The notes beneath the pieces were generated by a model. That model was not told the origin of the DNA. It was given only the letters and a program-made list of their open reading frames with translations, and made no database searches. A stretch of DNA of 64,000 nt from Candidatus Uhrbacteria bacterium. Its GTDB lineage: Bacteria > Patescibacteriota > Patescibacteriia > UBA9934. The stretch lies in assembly GCA_943359525.1 (NCBI GenBank), contig CALRHV010000003.1, forward strand, positions 521-64,520. The letters are read 5' to 3'. Of the stretch, positions 18,786 to 28,324 are shown piece by piece (position 1 is the stretch's first letter; every line of letters begins with the position of its first letter). Position numbers and translations under genes: made by a program.

Positions 18786-20618
18786 TTAAAAACTCACCCT
18801 TGTCTTTCTGTACCAGTCTTCTACGTTGGCGAAGCGATCGGAGGGGGTTGTAACGTTTGCGACGGTGGTTCCGTAGAGCTTTGGACTGAGTGCGTAGAGA
18901 TATTGTGGCTGATAGAGCATGAGCGCGGGTAATTCCTCTGCAAACGCGGCCATAAGGAGCCGACCAGCCTCTACGGCTTTTTCTGGATTGGCGCTTATTC
19001 GGGCAGCCTCGATGGCGGCGTCGACTTTTCGGTTCACAAACCCACCAAGGTTTAGTCCAGGATACGTGCTCTGCGATGAATGCCAGAACGGATACAAATC
19101 AGGATACGCACCATAGCGTTCGCCGGCGAGGAGTACATCAAAACTGTGGTTCTTAATGACGTCGTTTTGTAGTGCTGTCTGATCAACAACGGAGACGCGG
19201 ACATTCGCGCCAATAGCAGTCCATTGTCGCTGTAATTCGTTTGCAGCAGCGATAAGATCTGGCGAATCCAGTGTTGTTATGGTGAATGTGAGCTCGGTTC
19301 CAGATTTTGCACGCGTTGTTGCGCCGTCTGCCGTCGACCACCCATTGCTCTCAAGAAGTCCTTTTGCGCCTTCAACGTCGGCACCAGGAATTATCCCCGC
19401 AGCATCATATCCTGGCATGTCCGGAAGAACAGGGGAGACGACTGGCGTCGCGTATGCTCCTGTTGAAGCTTGGGCGACGACAGTACGGTCAACGGCAAGA
19501 ACAAGTGCTTGTCGTACGTTGCCGTCGGCAAGAACGGCAGACTGTTTTTGGTTGAAGAACGCTGCGGTGAATTGCGAAAGTCGAGGAGAGCCGAGGGCAA
19601 TGACGCCGTCGTGCGCAAGACTTTGTGCATCTTGTGCGGCAAGAACGGACGCACCTTCAACGTTTTTGTTTCGTACGGCATCGGTGAGTTCCCGAAGAGT
19701 GTTGTAAAACTTGAGCGTGATGTCGTTTAGGTAGACGGTATCGCGATAAAAATGATCGTTTCGTTCAACGGTATAGCTGCGAAGCGCTCCTTTATTGTCT
19801 TTGACGAGTTTGGAGAACATGAATGGTCCGCTTCCAACTGGCTTGATGTTGAGTTGTGCGAGCGGTGCGTTCTGTGGGGCAACCTCTTCCCAAAGATGTG
19901 CAGGAAGAATGCCCACGGTGAGCGCAGCAAGAAACGGCGCGAACGGCTCGTTGAGGGTGAAGATTATTGTATGATCGTCTGGAGCCTCGGCTGTCGAACC
20001 ATTGAAGCTGACGGTGAGCGGACTGTGGTATTCCGGATTTTGAATCGCGTCGATAGTGAAGAGTACGTCGTTGCTTGTGACGGGCTCTCCGTCGTGCCAG
20101 AGTGCAGTATTTCGAAGGGTAAAGGTATAGATTTTCTGATCGTCGGAAACGGAAAAACTCTCTGCGAGGTCTGTGGTGAGGCTGTGATTTCCGTCGAATC
20201 GCATTAAACCAGAAAACATGAGACGGGTAAGGTCGCTATCGACGTCGCTTTTAATAGCGTAGAGCGGATTGATGTACTGCGGCGAACCGAGAGCGCCCTC
20301 GGTATACGAACCACCGATTGCTGGAAGAAGTGTTTCATTTGAGAGCCAAAAACGAACGCCCAGCATTCCGCCGGAAAGAATGCACAGCACAAGCGCGATG
20401 CCAAAGGTGCGTCGTTCTTTGAAGGAAAGGAATCGAGGGAGCTCTTTCCACTGCTTCCATGTAGGGAACTGACCTCCGCGGAGGTTGACGAGCTGGCGTA
20501 CAGCTACAGAACTTGCCGATGTTGGCTTGCGCTTTTGCACAAAAGAGCGGATCGATGCGATCCAGCGAGAGCACTGAGTGCGAAGAGAGGAAAAAGTAAA
20601 AGAGATATGGAATTGAGA
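18786..20618 (-). CDS. ABC transporter peptide substrate-binding protein (family 5); start uncertain
   Basis: GGSYTEG, INPL, YTFTLR...WHDG.PVT..DV.FT, PVGSGPF, VRQAL..AVDR, FWHSSQ. Confidence 0.88.
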   Translation of the reverse strand, partial: SQFHISFTFSSLRTQCSRWIASIRSFVQKRKPTSASSVAVRQLVNLRGGQFPTWKQWKELPRFLSFKERRTFGIALVLCILSGGMLGVRFWLSNETLLPAIGGSYTEGALGSPQYINPLYAIKSDVDSDLTRLMFSGLMRFDGNHSLTTDLAESFSVSDDQKIYTFTLRNTALWHDGEPVTSNDVLFTIDAIQNPEYHSPLTVSFNGSTAEAPDDHTIIFTLNEPFAPFLAALTVGILPAHLWEEVAPQNAPLAQLNIKPVGSGPFMFSKLVKDNKGALRSYTVERNDHFYRDTVYLNDITLKFYNTLRELTDAVRNKNVEGASVLAAQDAQSLAHDGVIALGSPRLSQFTAAFFNQKQSAVLADGNVRQALVLAVDRTVVAQASTGAYATPVVSPVLPDMPGYDAAGIIPGADVEGAKGLLESNGWSTADGATTRAKSGTELTFTITTLDSPDLIAAANELQRQWTAIGANVRVSVVDQTALQNDVIKNHSFDVLLAGERYGAYPDLYPFWHSSQSTYPGLNLGGFVNRKVDAAIEAARISANPEKAVEAGRLLMAAFAEELPALMLYQPQYLYALSPKLYGTTVANVTTPSDRFANVEDWYRKTRVSF

Positions 20619-20619
20619 G

Positions 20620-20835
20620 CTACACGGTGAAGAGACTGTTCGCAAGCGCAACGCCAAAGAAAAGAACCGCGAGAACAACCGTAGCGATGTGCAACTTTTT
20701 CTCAATGCCACGACGTGTGCGGTAGAAGCTTCCGTCTCCACCAAAGGCAAGGCCAACGTTTGAGCCACGCGCCTGGAGAAGAATTGCTACGGTAAGAAGA
20801 ATTGCGAGAATAACCTGGAGAATATCGAGAATCAT
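20620..20835 (-). CDS. secG: Preprotein translocase subunit SecG
   Basis: ILLQARGSNVGLAFGG...TRRGIEK, two TMs. Confidence 0.92.
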   Translation of the reverse strand: MILDILQVILAILLTVAILLQARGSNVGLAFGGDGSFYRTRRGIEKKLHIATVVLAVLFFGVALANSLFTV

Positions 20836-20910
20836 AGTGCAAAAAGTATACCAAATTGGGGATGAGTCGTAAAGATCGGTGCATGAAATCATGGTATAAT
20901 TCAAGCAGAT

Positions 20911-21687
20911 ATGGAGGAGATTGAGGAAATCAACATGCTTCCTACGCAGCCTTTGCTGCCAGTGAAACGCCGCTGGTCTCCGGCCCGTGTGTTGGGGCTT
21001 TTTGGTTTTGTAGTGGCACTTTTGCTTGTTCTGGGATTTTCTTGGAGGATTTTTGGTTTTTATCGTGGCATTCGAAACGGATCGATTAACCCGGCATTGG
21101 CGTATACAACGACGAACTTCACTCGTGCGGTGACGGCGTTTGCCGCAAAGGCTGCGGCAAATACAGATTCAGCATCGCTGCTTGGAACGAGCGATCCATC
21201 GCTCGGCAATAAGAACGCAAAGATTACCGTTGTTGAGTTTGCCGATTTTGGTTGTCCGTATTCGCAGGAAGTCGCACCAATCGTTCGGGCCATTGCGCAA
21301 CAGTATTCTGCGGATGTTCGTGTGGTCTTCCGAAATTTTCCAATCGAAGAATTGCATCCGGGATCGACGATTGCGTCACAGGCTGGGGGCTGTGCGGGGG
21401 AACAGGGAAAATTTTGGGAGTATCATGATGCAGTGTTCGCAAGTACAGAGGCGCTTGGCGTTGGTATGCTCAGCGGCGTTGCGGAGAATCTCGGCCTCGA
21501 TAGCGTCCAGTTCGCTCGTTGCCTGGAATCAGACTATTACGCGAACGACGTTGCAGCCGACACTGCCGACGGTGCTGGTGCTGGAGTAACCGGTACTCCA
21601 ACATTTTTCTTTAACGGACAGAAAGTAGAGGGATCCATTCCTTTTACGATCTTTACCCAAATTCTCGATGCCATGCGTCAAACGTAG
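20911..21687 (+). CDS. Membrane-anchored DsbA-family thioredoxin-fold protein with CxxS site
   Basis: EFADFGCPYS, FRNFP, GKFWEYHD, GVTGTPTFFFNG. Confidence 0.9.
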   Translation: MEEIEEINMLPTQPLLPVKRRWSPARVLGLFGFVVALLLVLGFSWRIFGFYRGIRNGSINPALAYTTTNFTRAVTAFAAKAAANTDSASLLGTSDPSLGNKNAKITVVEFADFGCPYSQEVAPIVRAIAQQYSADVRVVFRNFPIEELHPGSTIASQAGGCAGEQGKFWEYHDAVFASTEALGVGMLSGVAENLGLDSVQFARCLESDYYANDVAADTADGAGAGVTGTPTFFFNGQKVEGSIPFTIFTQILDAMRQT

Positions 21688-23116
21688 TCTTCTCGCCCTC
21701 GCCGCTGTGGCGCTTCTCACCTTTTTTCCAAAGGCCACGTTTGCGTCTACCTCGACTACTTGCGAATGTTTTTGTGGGGAAGAAGGATTTGGTACGATTG
21801 GGGCATCGATTTCATCTCCGAAGGCGTGTCAGGAATCTTGTGCAGATCTAGAAACGCCACAACGATATGTCGGGTGCTTCACTGATCAGGCCGACTATCC
21901 AGACCAGAGCGATAAATGTTGGACCGAAAAGGAATGTTCTGACTGGTCTAGTGAGATTCGGGGCGAGCGAGTCACTGCTGACTGGGGCACGAGTATGCCG
22001 TATGATTGCGCGTATTCAAAAGATGGAGATCAGATGAGGTATTGCTATGGGCAGGACCCAAAATATCAGCTCAATATTGCCATTGGTTCGGTGCCGGAAA
22101 TAGAAAATCTTCCTGAGTACATTAATGCGATTTACACATGGCTGCTTCCAGCCGCGTCGCTCATTGCGGTGGTGATGATGATGATCGGTGGACTGCAGTA
22201 CGCCCTTTCCCGCGGAAAGAGCAAGTATATTGATAAAGCAAAAACGCGAATCACGAATGCAATCACTGGATTGGTTATTTTGTTGAGCGTTTTCGTTATT
22301 CTCAATCTCATTGATCCACGACTTACCGTATTGAATGCGCTAAAGATTCCTTTAATTAAGACATCCGTTATTCTCGATGCTGGTTCGTCATGTGAAAGTT
22401 TAGACGCTGCAGGATATGGGATTACTCCTACCCCAGACCCGCGAATCACTTTCTGTGGTACGAGTGGGACTGTAACAGATGTTTCAGACCTTAATGACAA
22501 CGCTGTAGGAAGTTGGGAAAATGGGAACGTGTGCAGCTTTCAGTATTGTGCAAGCGGGAAGACATGCATAAAAGAATCAGAAACAAATGTGTGCCGATCA
22601 TGCGCGGAAATTACGAATCCCGGGACTTCAACGTGTGGATCTATCCAAAAGGTTTCCGGTGCGATGGATGGGGATCGGCTCGTTTATTGTATATATGATA
22701 AGGTTTTGAATAGCTGTACAACTGCGGGATTCGACTTTACAACATCAGAGGATAGTGTTCAGGGATTTACGTGTAGAAAGCTTGAACGATCGTTTGCGAA
22801 CACTATGGTTTCCGGCGGAACGCATGAAGAATCTGAAAAAACTGGCGAGGGGACATTGAGTGGATGCAGCGCATACGAAAAATTGAAATTCGGATATCTT
22901 GACGACGATACGGCTACTGGTCGGGATCTTACTATTACCACTATCAATACAAAGGAAGGGTCTACATTATTAAAGAAGCTCTGTAATGAAGATCCGTGTA
23001 GTATTGGAGCATTTCTAGAAGAGTCTTATAAGACCGATGTGAATATACGATGTGAGTATAAAAAATTTAAGGTTAGTGAGTCAGAAATTCAGTACCTTTG
23101 CAAAGAAGCGCTGTGA
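21668..23116 (+). CDS. CPR-type (TrbC/VirB2-like) pilin-domain protein with Cys-rich extensions
   Basis: YINAIYTW...AVVMMMIGGLQY...AKTRITNAITGLVILL...ILNLIDP; 27 Cys. Confidence 0.8.
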   Translation: MPCVKRSLLALAAVALLTFFPKATFASTSTTCECFCGEEGFGTIGASISSPKACQESCADLETPQRYVGCFTDQADYPDQSDKCWTEKECSDWSSEIRGERVTADWGTSMPYDCAYSKDGDQMRYCYGQDPKYQLNIAIGSVPEIENLPEYINAIYTWLLPAASLIAVVMMMIGGLQYALSRGKSKYIDKAKTRITNAITGLVILLSVFVILNLIDPRLTVLNALKIPLIKTSVILDAGSSCESLDAAGYGITPTPDPRITFCGTSGTVTDVSDLNDNAVGSWENGNVCSFQYCASGKTCIKESETNVCRSCAEITNPGTSTCGSIQKVSGAMDGDRLVYCIYDKVLNSCTTAGFDFTTSEDSVQGFTCRKLERSFANTMVSGGTHEESEKTGEGTLSGCSAYEKLKFGYLDDDTATGRDLTITTINTKEGSTLLKKLCNEDPCSIGAFLEESYKTDVNIRCEYKKFKVSESEIQYLCKEAL

Positions 23117-23127
23117 GCATGTCATAC

Positions 23128-23160
23128 ACAAAACCCCGGCTCGTGAGAGCCGGGGTTTTG
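23128..23160. terminator. Bidirectional intrinsic terminator
   Basis: caaaaccccggctc-gtga-gagccggggttttg. Confidence 0.85.
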
Positions 23161-23164
23161 AAAA

Positions 23165-23533
23165 TTATTTCTTGACGACGAGTTCGCGGAGTTTACGGCC
23201 GAAGTCTTTCATGAAGTTCAGTTTGCGCTTTCGAACCTTATAGCGCTTCACCACTTCGATTTTCACGATGACTGGTGAAGATGTTGGGAAGATCTTTTCT
23301 ACGCCGAATCCGTTGCTTTCCTTGCGGACCACGAATGACTTTGAGGCGCCGGCACCACGGGTAGCGGTGACCAAACCTTCGAAGATCTGGATACGTTCAC
23401 GTGGCTCGCCTTTCGCGTTCACGTCTTGAATCTTTTCGTGAAGACGGATCACCATGCCTGTTTCAACAACAGTAGGCGCAACTGCCGCTACTGGAGCGTC
23501 TTGGATTTTAGTGGTTTCGATAGCGTCGGTCAT
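23165..23533 (-). CDS. rplS: 50S ribosomal protein L19
   Basis: ERIQIFEG, FVVRK..NGFGVEKIFP..SP, KVRKRKL. Confidence 0.95.
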   Translation of the reverse strand: MTDAIETTKIQDAPVAAVAPTVVETGMVIRLHEKIQDVNAKGEPRERIQIFEGLVTATRGAGASKSFVVRKESNGFGVEKIFPTSSPVIVKIEVVKRYKVRKRKLNFMKDFGRKLRELVVKK

Positions 23534-23574
23534 AGATCTGGTAGGTTCCTAAAGATTGCGAAAGGATAGCGGAA

Positions 23575-24141
23575 TTATGGCTGAGGGTCAAGATTTTTGG
23601 GGATGGCGGCGAGGATGACGCTAATGATCTCGGCTGGGGTACGCTTGGTAGTGTCCACGACGAGGTCGTACTTTCCGTCGTTTTTCAGTGAAAAACCGTA
23701 CCATTTTTGATACCGAACCTCACTTTGGGCCACGCGATCGGTTAAGATTCGCTCCGTTTCTTCTATCGACGAAAAGTCTGGTTCGTCGTCCCTTCCTGGC
23801 TCATTCTTCTTTGCATTGTAGATTCGTGTTGCCGCAACCGTTGGGTCGACCGTGAGCTGCACCTTGAAGGCGTGGGGGATGAAGTACCAGGAGAGCCAGC
23901 CGTCGATGATGAAGTTGTCCTCGGTTTGTCCAAGCGTTGTTTGAAATTCGTCCACCTCACGATCGGTCGACGCATCGGTCATTCCTTGGGCATTGAGCTC
24001 GTCGATCGTTACGCCACGCTCCATCGCCATCTTCCCTCGAAGGTCACCCATCGAATACGACCGCAGAGTAAGTTGTTTTGCGAGGAGATTTTTGATGGTA
24101 GTTTTTCCGGTGCCAGACAAGCCGGAGAGCGCGATGATCAT
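23575..24141 (-). CDS. Cytidylate kinase-like (archaeal-type) nucleoside monophosphate kinase
   Basis: IIALSGLSGTGKTT, SMGDLRGKMA.ERG, DREVD, RYQKWYG, YDLVVDT. Confidence 0.85.
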   Translation of the reverse strand: MIIALSGLSGTGKTTIKNLLAKQLTLRSYSMGDLRGKMAMERGVTIDELNAQGMTDASTDREVDEFQTTLGQTEDNFIIDGWLSWYFIPHAFKVQLTVDPTVAATRIYNAKKNEPGRDDEPDFSSIEETERILTDRVAQSEVRYQKWYGFSLKNDGKYDLVVDTTKRTPAEIISVILAAIPKNLDPQP

Positions 24142-24153
24142 AGGGGAGATGAT

Positions 24154-25086
24154 TTATCGAGACACGCGTTGGAGATGAGGTTCTGCCAGTTTTGTGAGTG
24201 CAAGTTCGAGTTCCGGAGGAAGTGGAGCTTCGAACGTTTTACGCTCGCCATTTGGAAGGTCGATGGTCAGTGCGCGGGCATGAAGGAAGAGACGCCCAAG
24301 CGGAATCTGCTTAATCCCTCGAATATTGTAGAGCTCGTCGCCTGCAACAGGATGGCCGAGGGCAAAGAAGTGCACGCGGATTTGGTGTGTGCGGCCGGTT
24401 TCAATATGAACATCGAGCAATGTTGCGCTGGCGTAGCGATGAAGAACGTCGAAATGTGTGATTGCATCTTTTCCTTCCTGTGAGCTTGGTCGTGCTGCCA
24501 TTCGCGCGTTCGATTGCGATCGAGCAATAGGGAAGGTGATGGTTCCGGAATCATCGGTTACATTACCCATGACGAGTGCGGTGTAGCGTTTATCGGTGAG
24601 GCGTTGGGCAAATTGTGCTTTGAGGTGGGTGAACGCTTCTGGGGTTTTTGCCGCAATAAGCACACCGGACGCGAGTTTATCCAGGCGATGCACAATGCCG
24701 GCGCGAGCTGTATCGTCGCCAACTGCGTCGAGACCAGGAATGTGGGCGCGAAGAAGATCGAGGAGTGTCGGCTCCGTGCTTGCCGTTGTTGGATGGACGA
24801 GGAGCCCGGCTGGCTTGTTTACGACAAGAACGTCAGCATCTTCGTAGAGAATATTCAGCGGCGCTGGGGGCTTTGCGTTCGGATCGATAACGGGAGCCGC
24901 AGGATCAGCAATTTCCACTTTTGATGCCGAAGACACCAGTTCGTGGGCGTTTGTTTCCTTACCATCCACCAGCACGCGGCCGTCGGAAATGATCTTTTGT
25001 GCCTTTGAACGGCTCAATTCAAGAACTTCCGCGAGAGCAATATCGAGGCGTTTTGGAACAATGCTCAGGATTTCGATAGTTTTCAT
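24154..25086 (-). CDS. rluD: RluA/RluD-family 23S rRNA pseudouridine synthase
   Basis: S4 domain RLD..LA..SRS, NKPAGLLVHP, GIVHRLDK, TGRTHQIRVH, LFLHA. Confidence 0.92.
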   Translation of the reverse strand: MKTIEILSIVPKRLDIALAEVLELSRSKAQKIISDGRVLVDGKETNAHELVSSASKVEIADPAAPVIDPNAKPPAPLNILYEDADVLVVNKPAGLLVHPTTASTEPTLLDLLRAHIPGLDAVGDDTARAGIVHRLDKLASGVLIAAKTPEAFTHLKAQFAQRLTDKRYTALVMGNVTDDSGTITFPIARSQSNARMAARPSSQEGKDAITHFDVLHRYASATLLDVHIETGRTHQIRVHFFALGHPVAGDELYNIRGIKQIPLGRLFLHARALTIDLPNGERKTFEAPLPPELELALTKLAEPHLQRVSR

Positions 25087-25184
25087 GGGCGGAGTATGGC
25101 ACAGAACGCCCTGTATTGAAAGCGTTATACTTGAGGAAGGTCGCGAAGACGGGTATGCTATCTGCGTCCCTCGTGATCGAATAA

Positions 25185-25261
25185 GGGCCTGTAGCTCAGT
25201 TGGTTAGAGCGCCGAGCTTATACCTCGGTGGTCCCTGGTTCAAGTCCAGGCAGGCCTACCA
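25185..25261 (+). tRNA. tRNA-Ile(UAU)
   Basis: GGGCCTG/CAGGCCT acceptor, anticodon arm ccgag-ctTATac-ctcgg, GGTTCAAGTCC, discriminator A plus CCA. Confidence 0.9.
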
Positions 25262-25265
25262 GCCT

Positions 25266-25424
25266 ATGTATTTCATTCCTCCTCTTCTTTTCTTTCTCGG
25301 CGTTATTTTTGGTATAATGGGTCGCCAGCACCATAATCACGAATTCGTTGGGCTGAGTTATATCTTCTTCCTCGCGGCTTTCGCTGCGGGAACCGTGTTG
25401 TTTCTTGCGCTCTCCGCGCTCTAG
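25266..25424 (+). CDS. Small two-TM membrane protein
   Basis: 52 aa hydrophobic ORF directly after tRNA-Ile. Confidence 0.55.
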   Translation: MYFIPPLLFFLGVIFGIMGRQHHNHEFVGLSYIFFLAAFAAGTVLFLALSAL

Positions 25425-25429
25425 TTTCT

Positions 25430-25825
25430 ATGATCGCGAATTCAAGCACCGCACTTCTGGTTCTTTCCATCTTGTGGTTTGTTATCTACTGGATTCTGGG
25501 AGGCGTCGTCTTCTCGTTGATTGCCGCAGCACGATCGATGCACATGAAAAAGGCTCGGTTTAGCTGTTTGTTTACTTTGGGTGCCGCCGCAACAGCGTTC
25601 GGAGCGGCATACGCTGGTATGATTCTTTCTCGTCCACACGGCCTCCGATGCCCAGATGAACTTGTCGCTCGAGGCACATTGCAGGGTGCCGAAAACTTCA
25701 ACATTCAATCCATCCTCGTCTGCGACTTCAACGCCGTCCTCATCGCCGGCACCATGTTCTTCGCCCTTCTCCTCGCCGCTGGAATGGTGGCAATGCTCCT
25801 CTCCCGAACCGAAAAGCAGCGATAG
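25430..25825 (+). CDS. Three-TM membrane protein
   Basis: 131 aa, three hydrophobic helices. Confidence 0.65.
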   Translation: MIANSSTALLVLSILWFVIYWILGGVVFSLIAAARSMHMKKARFSCLFTLGAAATAFGAAYAGMILSRPHGLRCPDELVARGTLQGAENFNIQSILVCDFNAVLIAGTMFFALLLAAGMVAMLLSRTEKQR

Positions 25826-25861
25826 AACGCGGATGAGGATGAATGAGAAGTGAGCTGAAAT

Positions 25862-25989
25862 ACAAAGCACCGTCATTTGTGACCAGTTTCGATGAACGAT
25901 GAGGAAATTTTGCGAGGCGTACTTCCTGGTACGGTGAGCAGAATTTCCGAAATCGTGAGTCGAAAATGGGCCAAATGCCGGTGCTTTGT
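25862..25989 (+). repeat. Palindromic element copy B, abutting the tRNA-Val CCA end
   Basis: TIR acaaagcaccg/cggtgctttgt; CCAGTTTCGATGAA...GAGGCGTAC-n6-GTACGGTGA...GTGAGTCGAAAATGG. Confidence 0.85.
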
Positions 25990-26065
25990 GGTGCGCGCAT
26001 GTGGACTCGAACCACAGACCTTCACAATGTCAATGTGACGCTCTAACCAACTGAGCTATGCGCGC
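25989..26065 (-). tRNA. tRNA-Val(GAC)
   Basis: GCGCGCA/TGCGCGC acceptor, tcaca-ttGACat-tgtga, GGTTCGAGTCC, CCA. Confidence 0.96.
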
Positions 26066-26070
26066 TGATA

Positions 26071-26195
26071 GTAGAACTGCCTAATTTTGTCCATTTTCGA
26101 CTCACTCGTCAGAAATCTCCTCAACGTACATTTGAGTACGCCTCGTCGATTTCTTTCTCCTTCATCGAAACTGGCCGAAAATTAGACAGTTCTAC
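26071..26195 (-). repeat. Palindromic element copy C, 5 nt upstream of tRNA-Val
   Basis: TIR gtagaactgcctaatttt/aaaattagacagttctac; same conserved core in reverse orientation. Confidence 0.85.
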
Positions 26196-26284
26196 AAACT
26201 CGTTCGATGAAAAGAATACGTTTCGGATCGAAAAGTGTCAACGGAAGGAGCGATATTCCCAGAAAAAGGTATACTGGGTTTTGT

Positions 26285-26860
26285 ATGAACGAAGATATCG
26301 TGGAAGAATGTCATCGTCTGAGTGCTCAAGAAGTGAATTATCTTCATCATTACATGGATGAGTTTTATGGTTCATTAACGGAGGAGAACAAAGAAATTGG
26401 CACATTTCTTCACGAATCTGATCACGCAGGACGACTATTGGATGTTGCATGCGGTCCAAGCGCATTATATTGGGCTATGTTTCATCCGAATGTGACACAT
26501 TTCTGCGGTATTGATGCGCGAGAGGATTCCATTACGCATTTACAATCCCTGCTTGCTGAAGCAGCGAATGGAAAGGTTGAAGCAGATGTTGAGGTTTCAA
26601 TGACAAATAACGGACTGGCGTGCGTGAGTGGAAATATTCCTCGTTCAAACATTAAGTGGGTTCTTGCTGATGTTGAATACACACACGGTACAAATACTGC
26701 GTTGACGGCGAATGCGGTTGATACAAATATTTATATTGGATACGGAACGAACGGAACACCAACGCCAACGAAAACTCTCTTTTGGAATCTTATGATTCCT
26801 CCGGATGGTGTTGGAGGGTATTGCTCGAGTGCGGTGAACGTTTCCACTATCATTCACTAG
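26285..26860 (+). pseudogene. Chimeric ORF: truncated class I SAM methyltransferase fused to an unrelated beta-rich C-terminus
   Basis: LLDVACGP motif I and motif II (GIDA), then an abrupt switch near 26580 to Thr/Asn/Gly-rich secreted-type sequence. Confidence 0.5.
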
Positions 26861-28257
26861 AAGGACGACGTTGCAAGAATATATCTCGCAAAGTCGAGAG
26901 CGGCGGCGCGGGAGGAGAGATGGCCATCAAGTTGGGCACTGCGAATTTTATCTAAGGTTCCTCGGAGATGTGCGCCTGGGGAGAAGTTGAGAGCGAGCAA
27001 GTCGCGGCCGCGGACAAGCTCATCGGGGGCTGGATTATTCAGCCATTTATCACGTTCATTGCGAAGATCAACAAGATTCTCGCGAGCAATCCCGTGTTCG
27101 TGTTTTGCGCTCACGGTGGCATCGAGAAGCGCGAGGAGCTCTGCACCGCGTTGGCCACGGACGAGGCGTTCGCGTTCAGCGGGGGAGAGATCGGTAGCAT
27201 GGCCTTGGGTGAGGGTAACGGTTTTGTTCAGCATCCAGCCAGCGTCGGTGTGATCGAAATGCAGACGATGATCGTCGACAACGTGAAGATGAAGTCGAGT
27301 AACGATGTTGCGGAGGGCTCCCATCGCGCGATCATCAAGAAGGGCGAGAAGGCCAGAAAGATAAAGGGTTGCACTCTTTTTTGCGGTGCCGTATGCGCGA
27401 GTAATATCGTGATGTTCAAGAATATCCAGGAGGCGATTCGTCTTCTGCCAGCCTGTTTCACCGTCGTCGTGAATTGTGGCACCATGCTGGAGCAATTCTG
27501 GCGCGAGCGATTCTAGCGCGCCACTGTCTTTCAAAAGCGTTAATGCGTACTTTGGATTCTGCGCAAGTGCCATTAACACGTCGTGACCAAGCCGAACGCG
27601 GGGAATGACGTATTGATTGTTCCCGTCTTCATCGTGGTCGGTGCGATGCACGGAAGAATGATGACGTGGAATCGCGTTCCACAGCGCTTGATCGAAGGTA
27701 AGTTCGTACTGACTCGCCAAACGCATTGCACGCGAAACAAGCGCCGGTTCTTGGGAAAGATGGAGTTCTGGATGATGAAGCGTGCGAATGGTTTTTTTGT
27801 TGATGAGGTCGTGTAACCCGCCATGAGGATCATGAAGAATCCCGTCCTTCAACGAATACGCCATTGAATTGATGGAGAAGTCGCGAGCCGCCAAGTCGTC
27901 ATGAAGCGATCGTTCGTGTGCTGGAACTCGCGTTGCGGTACCGGAATGGTTGAGGGATCGAATGTGCGGAACCGACACAGAAATTGTTTCGTGTGTGCCG
28001 CGAGGAGTCACGTGCCAGTGGCCGTTGGTGTGCTGTGTGACGGCGCCGTTGGCGTTGAGGAATTTGTGTAAAAGTGGAGGCGCAACGTCGCGAACAAGAA
28101 CGTGGGCGCGGTGTGGCACAACGCCAAGAACAGCATCGCGAACCGTTCCACCAACAAGATAGGGATCGGCTGCAGGAATATCGCGTACAAGCTTAAACAA
28201 CAGCCCGAGCGGGGCGGTATCAGCAATATACGCGCCAACTCTGCGATGAGCTGGCAT
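26857..28257 (-). CDS. CCA-adding enzyme/poly(A) polymerase family protein, catalytic motifs degenerate
   Basis: YLVGGTVRD, DLAARDFSINSMA, DPHGGLHDL, GRDL...PG tail; the DxD motif is absent (HRAHV). Confidence 0.8.
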   Translation of the reverse strand: MPAHRRVGAYIADTAPLGLLFKLVRDIPAADPYLVGGTVRDAVLGVVPHRAHVLVRDVAPPLLHKFLNANGAVTQHTNGHWHVTPRGTHETISVSVPHIRSLNHSGTATRVPAHERSLHDDLAARDFSINSMAYSLKDGILHDPHGGLHDLINKKTIRTLHHPELHLSQEPALVSRAMRLASQYELTFDQALWNAIPRHHSSVHRTDHDEDGNNQYVIPRVRLGHDVLMALAQNPKYALTLLKDSGALESLAPELLQHGATIHDDGETGWQKTNRLLDILEHHDITRAYGTAKKSATLYLSGLLALLDDRAMGALRNIVTRLHLHVVDDHRLHFDHTDAGWMLNKTVTLTQGHATDLSPAERERLVRGQRGAELLALLDATVSAKHEHGIARENLVDLRNERDKWLNNPAPDELVRGRDLLALNFSPGAHLRGTLDKIRSAQLDGHLSSRAAALDFARYILATSSF

Positions 28258-28324
28258 TGCACGAGTGGAATACCAAAGAGAATCCATGACGGAATTGTAA
28301 CACGGAGTGCTTCTTCTTTCTCTG

